A stretch of DNA of 64,000 nucleotides from an uncultured beta proteobacterium. GTDB lineage: Bacteria; Pseudomonadota; Gammaproteobacteria; Burkholderiales; JACQAP01. The notes below the pieces were generated by a model. The model searched no databases and was not told where the DNA came from. It saw nothing but the letters and a program-made list of their open reading frames with translations. Location of the stretch: positions 213,542-277,541 of the forward strand of contig CAWBMN010000018.1 of NCBI GenBank assembly GCA_963789945.1. The letters are read 5' to 3'. Shown piece after piece: positions 1-10,339 of the stretch; the first letter of the stretch is position 1, and every line of letters begins with the position of its first letter. The position numbers and the translations under genes were made by a program.

Positions 1-934
1 CTCCTTCGGTCCCGCCATCCCGAGAAGTCACGCTGGGCGCAAGGAACAGATGGTGCTGGTAGGCTTCCCTGAGCATGCTTGCATGCGGCTGATAGCCCAA
101 CATTCTCACTTGCCGGGACAATCCATGCTTGTCGACGGCGGCAAGAATCCTTGCCTTCTCGGCGCGGCTTTCATCATTTTCCTGTGCATCGCCGATGATG
201 GTGATATCGAGGTCGGCATGACCTCGTAATTGCCCCAGCGCCTCCAGGGCATAAGGAATGCCCTTCTTCTCCGTGAAAGTTGCCGCAATCAGCACGCGGA
301 GCGGCTCATCGGGGCGCCATTGCCTCGGTCGGAAAGGGAGCCTGTCGAGGCGCACTCCGAGATGATGAACGCGAATCTTGTGCTCCGGGCAGCCGATATC
401 CACGATGCAACGCGCCATGTGGGGCCCTTCGCAGAGGACCAGGTCCACATTCCCGAACAGCTCTTCAAACCGGTCACGCCAGAGCCGTTGCCTCGGAAGA
501 AAGCTCATGTCGTACCCATAGAAAGTCACGACGTGCCACGTATCCGCCGCTGCGGCGGCACTGCTGTCCGCCCAGCCCACATCGCCGAAATGCGAATGAA
601 TCACGCCTGCGCCCACTTGGCGCGCCACTCGAGCCAGGTAACCGAGATGCCGCCGCAGACCAAGCCTCCTCAGACTGCGGTCATACAGGCGTTCCAGAGT
701 CGGTGCCTCGGCGAACCGATGAAGATGTTGTACGGGGAATTGGTCGAGATTGATCACTCTCTCGCATACCACGTGGCTCTCGATTCGGTTCGATGGCGTG
801 CAGTCGACCTGAGTGTGAATCCACGTCTGGGTCTGGCGCAGCCAGACCGGCGTACTGTGGACCACTTTGGTGATTGCAGCCATTGCTTCCCTGTGGTCGG
901 CAGTCACAGGCGAACCGCGTTGCAGGGGCGTCAT
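1..934 (-). CDS. glycosyltransferase, GT4-like (3' end of gene lies beyond window start)
   Basis: Absent from the ORF track because it has no stop in the window. My minus-strand translation from ATG 934-932 gives MTPLQRGSPVTADH...RVLIAATFTEKKGIPYALEALGQLRGH..ITIIGDAQ..RMLGYQPH..LFLAPSVTSRDGGTEG, typical of the C-terminal half of group-1 glycosyltransferases. The ATG overlaps the flippase stop (ATGA). Confidence 0.7.
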   Translation of the reverse strand, partial: MTPLQRGSPVTADHREAMAAITKVVHSTPVWLRQTQTWIHTQVDCTPSNRIESHVVCERVINLDQFPVQHLHRFAEAPTLERLYDRSLRRLGLRRHLGYLARVARQVGAGVIHSHFGDVGWADSSAAAAADTWHVVTFYGYDMSFLPRQRLWRDRFEELFGNVDLVLCEGPHMARCIVDIGCPEHKIRVHHLGVRLDRLPFRPRQWRPDEPLRVLIAATFTEKKGIPYALEALGQLRGHADLDITIIGDAQENDESRAEKARILAAVDKHGLSRQVRMLGYQPHASMLREAYQHHLFLAPSVTSRDGGTEG

Positions 935-2409
935 CGGAAAGCGTTTCTAAGCCGGAGGAAGAACGGGCGCTGCCAGGGAAGGATAATCGCAAGGTAAACG
1001 ACAGCCCCGGCTACGGTCAGCACCACCAGCTCGACAACGCGGTTGTTGAATTCGGGCCCGTAACTCCGGATCAGCAGCAGAGACATGCACATGACCATCG
1101 CCGTTGCGAGCATCGGCCAGAATGCAGACACGTATTCCAACGGACGCATCCCGACAAGCAGCCTGCGGATCCAGAATCCGACAGGGAACATGCCAAAGGC
1201 GGTCGCGAGTACCAGCGCGGCGGCGACACCCTCTACGCCCCAGCGGACTCCCATCCAGATTGCAGCGGCAAACAATACGACGCGCCAGATGTTGAAGTAG
1301 AAGCCTATTTCGACCCTCCCCTTGGCCAGCAGCAGCGAGCCGAGCGGGTTGCCCAGGCTGTAGAACATCGCCAATACCCCGAGAATCTGCACGGTGGTAA
1401 CCGCCGAATTCCAACCCTGACCGAGCACTAGCAGGGTGAGCGGCTCAGCCAGCAGGATCATCCAGACGTATACGGGAAACAGTACCAGCGCGATGACCCG
1501 AATCGCATCGAGGTATCCTGCACGAAGACGTGCATCGTCGGTCTGCACCATTGCGAACAGCGGGAAGGCGACGCGAGTGATGATTGGATTGAACAGCTGC
1601 ATCGGTTTCATCACCAGTTGATAGGCGACGTTGTAGATTCCCAGTCCGTGTACACCGACCAGCGAACCAATCAGGATCTTGTCCAGATTGGCTCCCAGGA
1701 AGTTGATTGTTTTCTCCCCCATCTGAAAGGCACCGAAACGCAAGTAGCCGGCGAGATCGCCTACGCGAAAGCGCAGTTCGGGCCGCCAATCCCGGATGCC
1801 CAGTCTCAAGAGCATCAGCGACCTGGTCGCGGCGTTTGCAAGCTGCCCCCAGACCAGCGAGTAGACGCCCTGGTCATTGAATGCCAGCACCACCGAAGTG
1901 GCAAAGCCCACCGCCGTGGACGACACATCGATCACCGCGAGCGCATCGAAACGCAGTGCCTTCTGTATCAGCATGGAAAACTGTTGGCCCGCAGGCGTGA
2001 TCAGGAACACCGCGGCCGTCAATGCGATCAACCCGGCCAGACGGGGTTCTTCGTAAAGATCTGCCAACAGGGGAGCAACCGCCAGCATTACGACGAATAC
2101 GCCCACTCCGACCAGTGTATTCAGCCAGAACAACGAGGAAAGTTGCTGACCGGTCGCATCCTGCCGGTGGACGATTGCGCTGCTCACTCCCATGTCTGCA
2201 TAGGCTTGAGCAAAGCCGATCACGATCATCGTCAGGGCCATCAGGCCAAAGTCTTCCGGAACCAACAAGCGCGCCAATAGCGCGATCTGTATGAACTGCA
2301 GACTGGCCGTAATCGCCGTTGCCCCGCTTATCCATTTCGCCCCGGAAAGGGCCTGCTTGCGTAGTCCCACTATGGTCAGGCGTTCCGGGGTTCGTGCCCT
2401 AGCCGGCAC
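931..2409 (-). CDS. polysaccharide/O-antigen flippase, MOP (Wzx-type) family
   Basis: 492-aa ORF that is hydrophobic throughout. The N-terminal LRKQALSGAKWISGATAITASLQFIQIALLARLLVPEDFGL is typical of Wzx-like polysaccharide biosynthesis proteins. It sits in a sugar-nucleotide gene cluster. Confidence 0.8.
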   Translation of the reverse strand: MPARARTPERLTIVGLRKQALSGAKWISGATAITASLQFIQIALLARLLVPEDFGLMALTMIVIGFAQAYADMGVSSAIVHRQDATGQQLSSLFWLNTLVGVGVFVVMLAVAPLLADLYEEPRLAGLIALTAAVFLITPAGQQFSMLIQKALRFDALAVIDVSSTAVGFATSVVLAFNDQGVYSLVWGQLANAATRSLMLLRLGIRDWRPELRFRVGDLAGYLRFGAFQMGEKTINFLGANLDKILIGSLVGVHGLGIYNVAYQLVMKPMQLFNPIITRVAFPLFAMVQTDDARLRAGYLDAIRVIALVLFPVYVWMILLAEPLTLLVLGQGWNSAVTTVQILGVLAMFYSLGNPLGSLLLAKGRVEIGFYFNIWRVVLFAAAIWMGVRWGVEGVAAALVLATAFGMFPVGFWIRRLLVGMRPLEYVSAFWPMLATAMVMCMSLLLIRSYGPEFNNRVVELVVLTVAGAVVYLAIILPWQRPFFLRLRNAFR

Positions 2410-2428
2410 CGCACTCGATGAACGTCAA

Positions 2429-3130
2429 TCACACAGGCCTCCTCGAAACCACGAGATACATCCAGGTAAATTTCTCGGTAGCCGGATTGAACCTGCGGTC
2501 GAGTCCGTCCAACCAGGGAAAGACGATATTGTTGACGGCGATCAGCAACTGGACCACGCGCCTGAGCGGAAAGCGGGCAAGCGTGCGAAGGTAATAGCTC
2601 CACTCGCTGCCGAACGTGATCCAGAAGCCCGATGCGGGCTTCATCTCAACCACCTCGTAACCCGCGGACTCGAACAGATACCGCAGTCCGTGCTTGGTGT
2701 AGCGGTAGAAATCGCGCGGCTCTTCGTGCAGGTGCCAGTACAGCGGGACGGTGAAGATCGCCAGCCCACCGCGCTTGAGCACCCGCAGCGACTCGACAAG
2801 CGCCGCTTTGGGTTCCTCAAGGTGCTCGAGGACTGCGGTGCAAACGATGCCGTCGAACGACTCGTCTGACTCCGGAATTCGATACGCAGTGCCTATCAGA
2901 TCTGCATGCGATTTGTCGTGCAGGGTGTCCTCGTGATCAAGTCCGACGTACTCGGTAACTTGCTCGTTCACCAGCAGGCGCTTTGCCTTTTCACCGCAAC
3001 CGATGTCAAGAACGCGTCCATGGAGGTAGCTGTCCATCGCCCGAACCAGAAGAGCCGCGCCTCGTCTGACCACCATCCGCGCAGGATTGGTGATTCCATA
3101 GGGCCTGAGATAGGCCTGAAGGTCGCGCAC
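2429..3130 (-). CDS. class I SAM-dependent methyltransferase
   Basis: VLDIGCGEKA (motif I), followed by FDGIVCTAVLEHLEEP and LKRGGLAIFTVP. The ORF-track version (to 3364) overlaps the upstream gene. I place the start at GTG 3130 just after the upstream stop; ATG 3076 is the alternative. Confidence 0.7.
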   Translation of the reverse strand: MRDLQAYLRPYGITNPARMVVRRGAALLVRAMDSYLHGRVLDIGCGEKAKRLLVNEQVTEYVGLDHEDTLHDKSHADLIGTAYRIPESDESFDGIVCTAVLEHLEEPKAALVESLRVLKRGGLAIFTVPLYWHLHEEPRDFYRYTKHGLRYLFESAGYEVVEMKPASGFWITFGSEWSYYLRTLARFPLRRVVQLLIAVNNIVFPWLDGLDRRFNPATEKFTWMYLVVSRRPV

Positions 3131-3132
3131 GG

Positions 3133-3849
3133 TCAGGATTTTCTGTCCGGTCGTGCCGTCGCCACCGACGAATAGCGCCGCCGGAACACGGTCGCGGCCG
3201 GGTCGCCCTTTACGATCACGTCGTCGTCGATGAATCCGCCCAAGCGAACTACGCTGTTCGGAGCCACCCATGCGTCCCTGCCTATCGTCGCCCCGGGCAG
3301 CACCAGCACGTTCGACGCCACTCCTGATCCGTCCTTCATCTCGACGTACCCCCGCAGCACACACTGCTCTTCAGGGGCGGCGCCTTGCGAGTACTTGTAG
3401 ATCCGGCCGGGGACCTTGCCCTGATGATGGAAGCTCTCCGACAGCAGGACAGAGTACGGCCCGATACCGCATTTCTCGCCAATCGTGACACCACCGTAAC
3501 CGAGGATGACAGCACCGAAAGCGATCCGCGCCCGGTCGCGGATCAGCACCACACCCCGCTGCCTGCCTGCGTAACTACCGAGTTCCAGGACCTCTCGTTT
3601 CTCTTCCGACGGAACGCCCGCGCGCAACACGACGTTCTCGCGAATCATTACGTCATCGCCAATCTCTATGAACTTCTCGCCGTCCAGATGTACGCCCGGC
3701 ATGACGGTGAGGTTCCTGCCGCAACGACGCAGCCGACGCCCGTAGTACCAGCGACGCAAAAGTATGCCCGCCTCGCCCGGAAGATAAATCACCGCGCCCA
3801 GCAACAGGCTGCGAGGCAAAACCCGCAGGAAGCGCAGTAGATTCCGCAT
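3133..3849 (-). CDS. hexapeptide-repeat (LbH) acyl/acetyltransferase
   Basis: 238-aa ORF with left-handed beta-helix type repeats (IGDDVMIRENVVL, IAFGAVILGYGGVTIGEKCGIGPYSVLL, VLVLPGATIGRDAWVAPNSVV). Confidence 0.75.
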   Translation of the reverse strand: MRNLLRFLRVLPRSLLLGAVIYLPGEAGILLRRWYYGRRLRRCGRNLTVMPGVHLDGEKFIEIGDDVMIRENVVLRAGVPSEEKREVLELGSYAGRQRGVVLIRDRARIAFGAVILGYGGVTIGEKCGIGPYSVLLSESFHHQGKVPGRIYKYSQGAAPEEQCVLRGYVEMKDGSGVASNVLVLPGATIGRDAWVAPNSVVRLGGFIDDDVIVKGDPAATVFRRRYSSVATARPDRKS

Positions 3850-3858
3850 CGTCGCCGG

Positions 3859-4092
3859 CTAACGCTTTCCGTCCATGTAGGCGGCGATGAGACGCACGGT
3901 ATTGAGCTGGTCGATCTCGTTGTCCGGCACCCTCACCCCGAGTTTTTCGTAGATGGCAAGGAAAATTCCCGCCACATCCAGCGAGTCCACGCCGAGGTCC
4001 TTGAGCGGCGTGTCATAGTCACCTTCGCCGACTTTAACGTTGCTGCTCACGTCGGCTACCATCGCCGCGATCCGGTTCTCGGTATCACTCAA
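3859..4092 (-). CDS. acyl carrier protein
   Basis: LGVDSLDVAGIFLAIYEKLG contains the DSL phosphopantetheine-attachment motif. I chose the TTG start at 4092, which lies 7 nt after GGAGGAGG. The track ORF (to 4152) is probably too long. Confidence 0.75.
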   Translation of the reverse strand: MSDTENRIAAMVADVSSNVKVGEGDYDTPLKDLGVDSLDVAGIFLAIYEKLGVRVPDNEIDQLNTVRLIAAYMDGKR

Positions 4093-4127
4093 TTCACGAC
4101 CTCCTCCAATTGTTTGCGCGGGCAACT

Positions 4128-5066
4128 CTAACGGCGTCGCTCGACCAGGCAACTTGCCCAGGACAGCCCGACACCAAACCCGGACATTAGCACCCGGTTG
4201 ATCGCCGGGTTGTCGAGAAAACCCTCGAAAAGCAGCGGAATCGAAGACGACACCGTGTTGCCCTGCTTGGCGAGATTGCCCGGCACCTTATGCGCAGGCA
4301 AATCCAGGCGCTTGGCAAGAGTGTCCACGATGTAACGGCTGCCTTGGTGAAACAGGAAAAGGTCCACGGCGTCCGCACCGATACCGGATGCCGCAAGAAG
4401 TTCCGTGATCTGCTTGGGAACGACGGTCGCTGAAAAATTGAAGACCGCCCGTCCGTTCATCGCCAGGCGCCCGGAATCGTTGTTGAGCGCCTTGCCTTCC
4501 TGGCCGCGGGTCGAGAACAGAAATCGCGTCGGAATCCAGAAAGAACCGTCACCATCCGCGGACTCGAGCAGCGTCACGGTCGCCGCATCGCCAAACAGCA
4601 GAATCGTGTTCTTGTCCGAGGGATCGAGAATTTTCGAGTAAGGATCAGCAGTGAACAACAGACCGCGCCGCAACCCGTTCGCCTCCATGAAGCTCTTGAT
4701 AATGGAAAGCGCATAGACGTAACCGGAGCATCCCAGCGAGACATCGAAGGCGGCGCAGCGATCGGAAGCGCCGATGGCGCCATGAACTACCGCGGAGGTG
4801 TGGGGAATACCATGACCATCGGGGTTCTGCGTACATACGATCAAGCAGTCTATGCCCGCCGGCTCGACCGCGGCCTTACTCTGCAACGCCTCGAATGCCC
4901 TGACACACAAGGTGGACGTTTCCTCGTCCGCCGCTTTCCTCGACACTTGCTCGACGCCGAGTTTGCCGACGATGAAATCGTCGGTCAGCTCGAAATCTGC
5001 GCGCCGGTCGTAATTCGACAGCACTCCAGCCGGTACGTGACTTGCGACGGAACGGATCCCGATCAT
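4128..5066 (-). CDS. 3-oxoacyl-ACP synthase III-like (FabH family)
   Basis: MIGIRSVASHVP..., AFDVSLGCSGYVYAL (active-site Cys), FLFHQGSRYI, QGNTVSSSIPL and SGFGVGLSWAS. The ATG at 5066 overlaps the upstream stop (ATGA). The long N-terminal extension in the track is a high-GC artefact. Confidence 0.85.
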   Translation of the reverse strand: MIGIRSVASHVPAGVLSNYDRRADFELTDDFIVGKLGVEQVSRKAADEETSTLCVRAFEALQSKAAVEPAGIDCLIVCTQNPDGHGIPHTSAVVHGAIGASDRCAAFDVSLGCSGYVYALSIIKSFMEANGLRRGLLFTADPYSKILDPSDKNTILLFGDAATVTLLESADGDGSFWIPTRFLFSTRGQEGKALNNDSGRLAMNGRAVFNFSATVVPKQITELLAASGIGADAVDLFLFHQGSRYIVDTLAKRLDLPAHKVPGNLAKQGNTVSSSIPLLFEGFLDNPAINRVLMSGFGVGLSWASCLVERRR

Positions 5067-5677
5067 CGTCGCACCAGCGAAAAATAGATGAAGCCCAGAG
5101 ACCTGCCATGCACATTGACCTCCGACTTGGTCAATCGGCCGTGGAGGTTCTGCTTGAGAGTGATCGTCAGTGCCGAGGCATCCCCGGCAACCAGGCATCG
5201 GGACAGGTCGAGCTTGGTGAAAATCCAGCGGGCGGACGAGGCGGGCAGCAATCTGTTGTGCAATAGTTTGGTCATCGACACCACGACCTCGATCGGAAGA
5301 TAGCCCGAATCCGCCAGGATCGAGACCGACTCGCCGCCAAAGCTGCAGTGCCGGGCAATCCGCTCTTCGTCGAAGGGGATGCGGCAATCCACCTCCCGAT
5401 CGGTTTCGATCAGCCAGCCGCTTGCCTTGCCCAGAGAGCCACTGACTGAGAACTCGGCCGCGACGTTCTCCGGCCTGGACGATGGCTTATCACCTTCCAG
5501 CCAGACCATGTCAGGCTGCTTTGCGATGAAGCGATGAAAAGCCAGCTGGAAACGGACCGCCTCGCCGACAGAGGATCCACCTACCGCCTCCATGACGGCA
5601 TTACACAGATCGCCGCCCTGGAGATAGTTTCGCTCGCCTTTGAAACACAGCTTCAGCGGCGTGATCTTTGGGATCAT
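5063..5677 (-). CDS. hypothetical protein (204 aa), co-operonic with KAS-III/ACP
   Basis: Clean ORF whose stop overlaps the fabH-like start. I recognise no motif. Confidence 0.5.
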   Translation of the reverse strand: MIPKITPLKLCFKGERNYLQGGDLCNAVMEAVGGSSVGEAVRFQLAFHRFIAKQPDMVWLEGDKPSSRPENVAAEFSVSGSLGKASGWLIETDREVDCRIPFDEERIARHCSFGGESVSILADSGYLPIEVVVSMTKLLHNRLLPASSARWIFTKLDLSRCLVAGDASALTITLKQNLHGRLTKSEVNVHGRSLGFIYFSLVRR

Positions 5678-5708
5678 GCTCGTACTCTGTTGTTGTCCAG
5701 GCCGGAAA

Positions 5709-6863
5709 TCATGCGCCGCGAACGATCGACCTCACGGCGGCGATTACATCCTCAACGTCCGAGTTGCTCAGCCTGGCAGACAACGGGATGCTGACGGTCT
5801 GTCTGCCGATGCGCATCGCATTCGGGAAATTCTCGGGCCGCCAGCCGAAAGCCTCCTGATAGTAGGGATGTTCGGGAATGCTCAGGTAGTGCACACCGAC
5901 CCCGATATTCCGCCTGGTCATGCCGTCGAGAAAATGATCGCGGCTGGTGCGGGCCGTGCGCTCGTCGATCAGGAGGGTATAGAGATGATAAGCGTGCCGG
6001 GTATCGGGTTCGGGTGCGGCCGGCCGCGTGATCGGCAGACCGGCGAACGCCTGATCGTAGCGCTGCCAGATCTCCTGTCGGCGCTGCCAGTTGGCCTCGA
6101 CACGTTCGAGCTGATGGATGCCGATGGCCGCCTGGATATCCATCATGTTGTACTTGAAACCCGCGTCCACGACCTGATAGTGCTTGTAACCTTCGTCGCT
6201 GAAGCGTTTCCACGCATCCTTGCTCATCCCGTGCAACGCCAGAACCTTGATGCGCGCCAGGTCCTCTTCGCGCCTGGTGAGCACCATTCCGCCCTCGCCG
6301 GTGACAACGTTCTTGGTTACGTAGAAGCTGAAGCACCCGAAGTCGCCGAAGGTACCCGCCTTGCGACCGCGATACACGGTCTCGATAGCGTGCGCGCAGT
6401 CTTCGATCATTTTCATGCCATGCCGCTGGGCGAGCCCGCACAAGGAATTCATGTCGCAGGGCCTGCCGGCGAAGTGCACCGGGACCAGCGCTTTGGTACG
6501 GCCGGTGAGCTTCCTCGTCACGTCTGCCGGGTCGATGTTCATGGTGACCGGGTCCACGTCGGCGAGAACCGGTGTGGCACCCGCGTGGATGATGGCGTTG
6601 ACGGTGGCGCAGAAAGTCAGCGCGGTGGTAATGACTTCGTCTCCGGGCTTCACACCCGAGGCAAGAAGCGCCAGATGCAATGCGGCGGTACAGGAGTTGA
6701 CCGCCGCGGCATGCTCCGCGCCCTTGTAGGCGGCGAACTCGCGCTCGAACCGCGCCACCCGGGGGCCGGTGCCGAGCCAGCCGGATCGCATGGTAGCCAC
6801 GACTTCCTGGATCTCGGCGTCTTCGATGGCTGGCGCGCCGAAAACCAGAAATTGTTCACGCAT
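5709..6863 (-). CDS. DegT/DnrJ/EryC1/StrS-family sugar aminotransferase
   Basis: 384 aa with AVNSCTAALHLAL, the PLP-lysine region SFYVTKNVVTGEGG, and HLYTLLID. Confidence 0.9.
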   Translation of the reverse strand: MREQFLVFGAPAIEDAEIQEVVATMRSGWLGTGPRVARFEREFAAYKGAEHAAAVNSCTAALHLALLASGVKPGDEVITTALTFCATVNAIIHAGATPVLADVDPVTMNIDPADVTRKLTGRTKALVPVHFAGRPCDMNSLCGLAQRHGMKMIEDCAHAIETVYRGRKAGTFGDFGCFSFYVTKNVVTGEGGMVLTRREEDLARIKVLALHGMSKDAWKRFSDEGYKHYQVVDAGFKYNMMDIQAAIGIHQLERVEANWQRRQEIWQRYDQAFAGLPITRPAAPEPDTRHAYHLYTLLIDERTARTSRDHFLDGMTRRNIGVGVHYLSIPEHPYYQEAFGWRPENFPNAMRIGRQTVSIPLSARLSNSDVEDVIAAVRSIVRGA

Positions 6864-7055
6864 TCTCGCCGGATACCAGGCTGCCTAAGTGCGACAAAAG
6901 TCGCCGTTTTGTGAGATTGTTTCTGCCCGGGTTTAGCGCGTGGTGCTTCTGCTTCGGTGCGGCAAAGTCGCGCCGCATTTGGCCTCCACGCCGCGGACGT
7001 GATCCGCCGCGCGCCGGGCACGAACAGAGCAGGCAGAAATCGTGCCCAGAATGCC

Positions 7056-8087
7056 CTAGGCTCGAGAATACGCCTTGTTCCGCGTGGATTCCCATCGGAA
7101 TGCTGTTTCGCAGATCACGTCCAGGTCGTCATGCTTCGGCTTCCAGCCCAGCACATTCCTGATTCTCGACGATTCGGCCACCAATTCGGGCGGATCGCCG
7201 GCACGGCGCGGTCCATCCTCGATCGGAAGCTTGGCCCCGGCCGCCTTCTGCACAGCCTGCAATACCTGGCGCACGCTGAAGCCTCGACCATATCCACAGT
7301 TGAACGTGTCCGATGTCCCGCCCGTGCCCAGGTAAGCAAGCGCGTCGAGATGCGCGCGCGCCAGATCTTCCACATGGATGTAGTCGCGTATGCAGGTCCC
7401 ATCCGGCGTCGGATAGTCGGTGCCGAACACGGTGACCTTGTCGCGCACCCCGCAAGCCGCTTCGCAGGCCACTTTGATCAGGTGTGTCGCGGCGGGCGTG
7501 GCCTGTCCAAGAGTGCCGTCGAGGCTGGCGCCCGCCACATTGAAGTAGCGCAAGGCGGCATAACGAAAACCCGCATCCTTCACGGCGTCCCGCTGCTCAA
7601 GGCTCGCAACCACGTCCCGGAGCACCCATTCTGTTATGAGCTTGGTGGTGCCGTACGGATTGATCGGCCGCAGCGGCGCCGACTCGGGAACCGGTTGCCG
7701 GTCGGGAATTCCGTAAACCGCAGCGGAAGAGGAAAAGACGAATCTCTCCACCCCTTTTTCGACGCAAACCTCGATCAGGTTTCGCGAAGCGCCGGCATTG
7801 TTCCGATAATACTTGAGAGGGTCGCGCACCGACTCGGGAACGACGATGCTGCCGGCAAAGTGAACCACGGCGCCAACCGCATGCTGCTCGATCAGCACGC
7901 CGACCAGCGCCTGGTCACCGGCGTCACCGGCCACCACAACCGCTTGCGGTGCTATGGCCCAACGATGGCCGGTGGAAAAATCGTCAAGCACAACGACCCT
8001 GTGGCCAGCGGCAATCAGCCGCCGGACGGTGTGGGAGCCGATGTAGCCGGCCCCCCCGGTCACCAGCACTGCGTCAGCCACGGTCAC
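7056..8087 (-). CDS. galE: UDP-glucose 4-epimerase
   Basis: [15 protein letters not shown] Rossmann motif, [15 protein letters not shown], and RYFNVAG. I propose GTG 8087 as the start, overlapping the fcl stop (GTGA). Confidence 0.85.
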   Translation of the reverse strand: MTVADAVLVTGGAGYIGSHTVRRLIAAGHRVVVLDDFSTGHRWAIAPQAVVVAGDAGDQALVGVLIEQHAVGAVVHFAGSIVVPESVRDPLKYYRNNAGASRNLIEVCVEKGVERFVFSSSAAVYGIPDRQPVPESAPLRPINPYGTTKLITEWVLRDVVASLEQRDAVKDAGFRYAALRYFNVAGASLDGTLGQATPAATHLIKVACEAACGVRDKVTVFGTDYPTPDGTCIRDYIHVEDLARAHLDALAYLGTGGTSDTFNCGYGRGFSVRQVLQAVQKAAGAKLPIEDGPRRAGDPPELVAESSRIRNVLGWKPKHDDLDVICETAFRWESTRNKAYSRA

Positions 8088-9061
8088 GCTGTCGCCACCG
8101 CATACCGGCTCTTGAGAAAGTCGGCATAGACGAGCTTCAGGCCGTCTTCGAAGCGCGTCTTGTATCGCCAACCCAGGCCCGCCAGCCGCGAAACGTCCAG
8201 CAACTTGCGCGGCGTACCATCGGGTTTGGAAGCGTCGAACACCAGCCTGCCTTCGAAACCGACGACCCTGGCAATGATCTGTGCAAGTTCACGGATGCTG
8301 AGTTCCTCGCCCGAGCCGATGTTGACAAGCGGCGGACGGGACCTGCTTTCGCACAGGTGCCGATACCCTTCCTCCGCCATGTCGAGGAGATACAAACAGG
8401 CGTCCGCCGCGTCTTCCGAGTACAGGAACTCGCGCTTCGGCGAACCCGTGCCCCAGACCACGACTTCGCCGGCACCCTTGGTCCGCGCTTCGTGCATCTT
8501 GCGAATCAGCGCGGGGATCACGTGCGAGGCGTTGAGATCGTAGTTGTCTCCCGGCCCGTACAGGTTGGTCGGCATGGCGGCAAGGTAACGGCAGCCGTGC
8601 TGTCGGTTGTAACTCCAGCACATTTCCACGCCGGCGATCTTGGCGATCGCGTACGCGCGATTGGTCGCCTCGAGCGGCCCGGTGAGGAGGTATTCCTCCT
8701 TGATCGGTTGCGGACAATCGCGCGGATAGATGCACGACGAGCCCAGGAACAGCAGGCGCTTGACCCCGGTGCGCCAGGCTTCGTGAATCACGTTGTCCTG
8801 GATCTCGAGATTTTCGCGGATGAAGTCCGCAGGGTACGTTTCATTGGCGACGATGCCGCCGACCCTGGCCGCGGCCAGAACCACGTGATCGGGCCGCTCG
8901 CGCTCGAAAAACCCGCGCACCGCGGCCTGTTCCGTAAGCTCGAGTTCAGCATGGGTGCGGGTGACGAGATTGCGATATCCAGCGGCCTGCAGACGCCGCA
9001 TGATCGCCGAGCCAACCAGGCCCCGATGGCCCGCAATGTAGATCCGGTCGGTCGGCTGCAT
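8084..9061 (-). CDS. fcl: GDP-L-fucose synthase
   Basis: [30 protein letters not shown], and [11 protein letters not shown]. Confidence 0.9.
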   Translation of the reverse strand: MQPTDRIYIAGHRGLVGSAIMRRLQAAGYRNLVTRTHAELELTEQAAVRGFFERERPDHVVLAAARVGGIVANETYPADFIRENLEIQDNVIHEAWRTGVKRLLFLGSSCIYPRDCPQPIKEEYLLTGPLEATNRAYAIAKIAGVEMCWSYNRQHGCRYLAAMPTNLYGPGDNYDLNASHVIPALIRKMHEARTKGAGEVVVWGTGSPKREFLYSEDAADACLYLLDMAEEGYRHLCESRSRPPLVNIGSGEELSIRELAQIIARVVGFEGRLVFDASKPDGTPRKLLDVSRLAGLGWRYKTRFEDGLKLVYADFLKSRYAVATA

Positions 9062-9065
9062 GGCC

Positions 9066-10151
9066 TTACTCGTGAAAGTCGTACGGACGATGACCGTGGC
9101 GCTTGACCAGCTCGTCGCGTTCCGCCGCCTTCAGGTCCTCGCTTGCCATTTCTTCGACCAGTTTTTCGAAGCTGACTTTGGCGGACCATCCCAGTTTGCT
9201 TTTCGCCTTCGACGGATCGCCCAACAGCGTCTCGACCTCTGCCGGACGGAAGTAGCGCGGATCGACTGCCACGCGCACGCGGCCAGTGTCATCGATGGCT
9301 TTCTCGTCCAGTCCTTTGCCCGACCACTTCAGTTTTATGCCGAGCTTTTGCGCTGCGAGATCCACGAAATCGCGCACGTTGTTCTGGATGCCGGTGGCAA
9401 TCACAAAATCCTCGGGCTGCGGCTGTTGAAGCATCAGCCACTGGGCCTCGACGTAATCCCGGGCGTGGCCCCAGTCGCGCCTGGCGTCGAGATTGCCAAG
9501 GTAGACGCAGTCCTGCAGGCCCAGCTTGATGCGGGCCAGCGCCCGCGTGATCTTGCGGGTGACGAAGGTCTCCCCGCGGACGGGGCTTTCATGATTGAAA
9601 AGTATGCCGTTGCAGGCGAACATTCCATAGGCTTCGCGGTAGTTGACCGTGATCCAGTAAGCGTAGACCTTGGCCACTCCATATGGCGAGCGAGGATAGA
9701 ACGGCGTGGTTTCGTTTTGCGGGGTCTCACGTACCAGGCCATACATTTCCGATGTCGAAGCCTGGTAGAAGCGGCTCTTCCTTTCCAACCCCAGAATGCG
9801 GATCGCTTCCAGCATGCGCAGCGCACCCAGCGCGTCCGAATTTGCGGTGTACTCGGGTTCTTCGAAGGATACCGCGACGTGGCTCTGCGCCGCGAGGTTG
9901 TAGATTTCGTCCGGCTGCACCTGCTGGATGATCCTCACCAGGCTGCTGGAATCGGTCATGTCCCCATAGTGGAGAATGAAATTGCGATTGCTTACGTGCG
10001 GGTCCTGGTAAAGATGATCTATGCGATCGGTATTGAACAGGGAGGTGCGGCGCTTGATGCCGTGCACCTCGTAGCCCTTGGCAAGCAGGAATTCGGCGAG
10101 GTATGCACCATCCTGCCCGGTAATGCCGGTGACAAGCGCGACTTTACTCAT
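9066..10151 (-). CDS. gmd: GDP-mannose 4,6-dehydratase
   Basis: [51 protein letters not shown], and [18 protein letters not shown]. Confidence 0.95.
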   Translation of the reverse strand: MSKVALVTGITGQDGAYLAEFLLAKGYEVHGIKRRTSLFNTDRIDHLYQDPHVSNRNFILHYGDMTDSSSLVRIIQQVQPDEIYNLAAQSHVAVSFEEPEYTANSDALGALRMLEAIRILGLERKSRFYQASTSEMYGLVRETPQNETTPFYPRSPYGVAKVYAYWITVNYREAYGMFACNGILFNHESPVRGETFVTRKITRALARIKLGLQDCVYLGNLDARRDWGHARDYVEAQWLMLQQPQPEDFVIATGIQNNVRDFVDLAAQKLGIKLKWSGKGLDEKAIDDTGRVRVAVDPRYFRPAEVETLLGDPSKAKSKLGWSAKVSFEKLVEEMASEDLKAAERDELVKRHGHRPYDFHE

Positions 10152-10339
10152 TCTGCGGTGACGGGCACATCTGTATACTCATGTGGGTAAACGAAACCGG
10201 TTTTCGGCGGCGACCATGATCCGATCGGTGCAAAGCGAAAGATTGAAGCAGAAATGGTCTCGGCAAATGGTGCGATTCTAAGCGATTTGCACCGCGCCGG
10301 AAAGAAAACCCCCGTTGCGACCACCCCTCACAACCTGAC

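Noticed and set aside
230-997. The 255-aa plus-strand ORF at the window start.
   Set aside because: It is antisense to a clearly recognisable GT4-like glycosyltransferase on the minus strand. Its own translation has no recognisable features.
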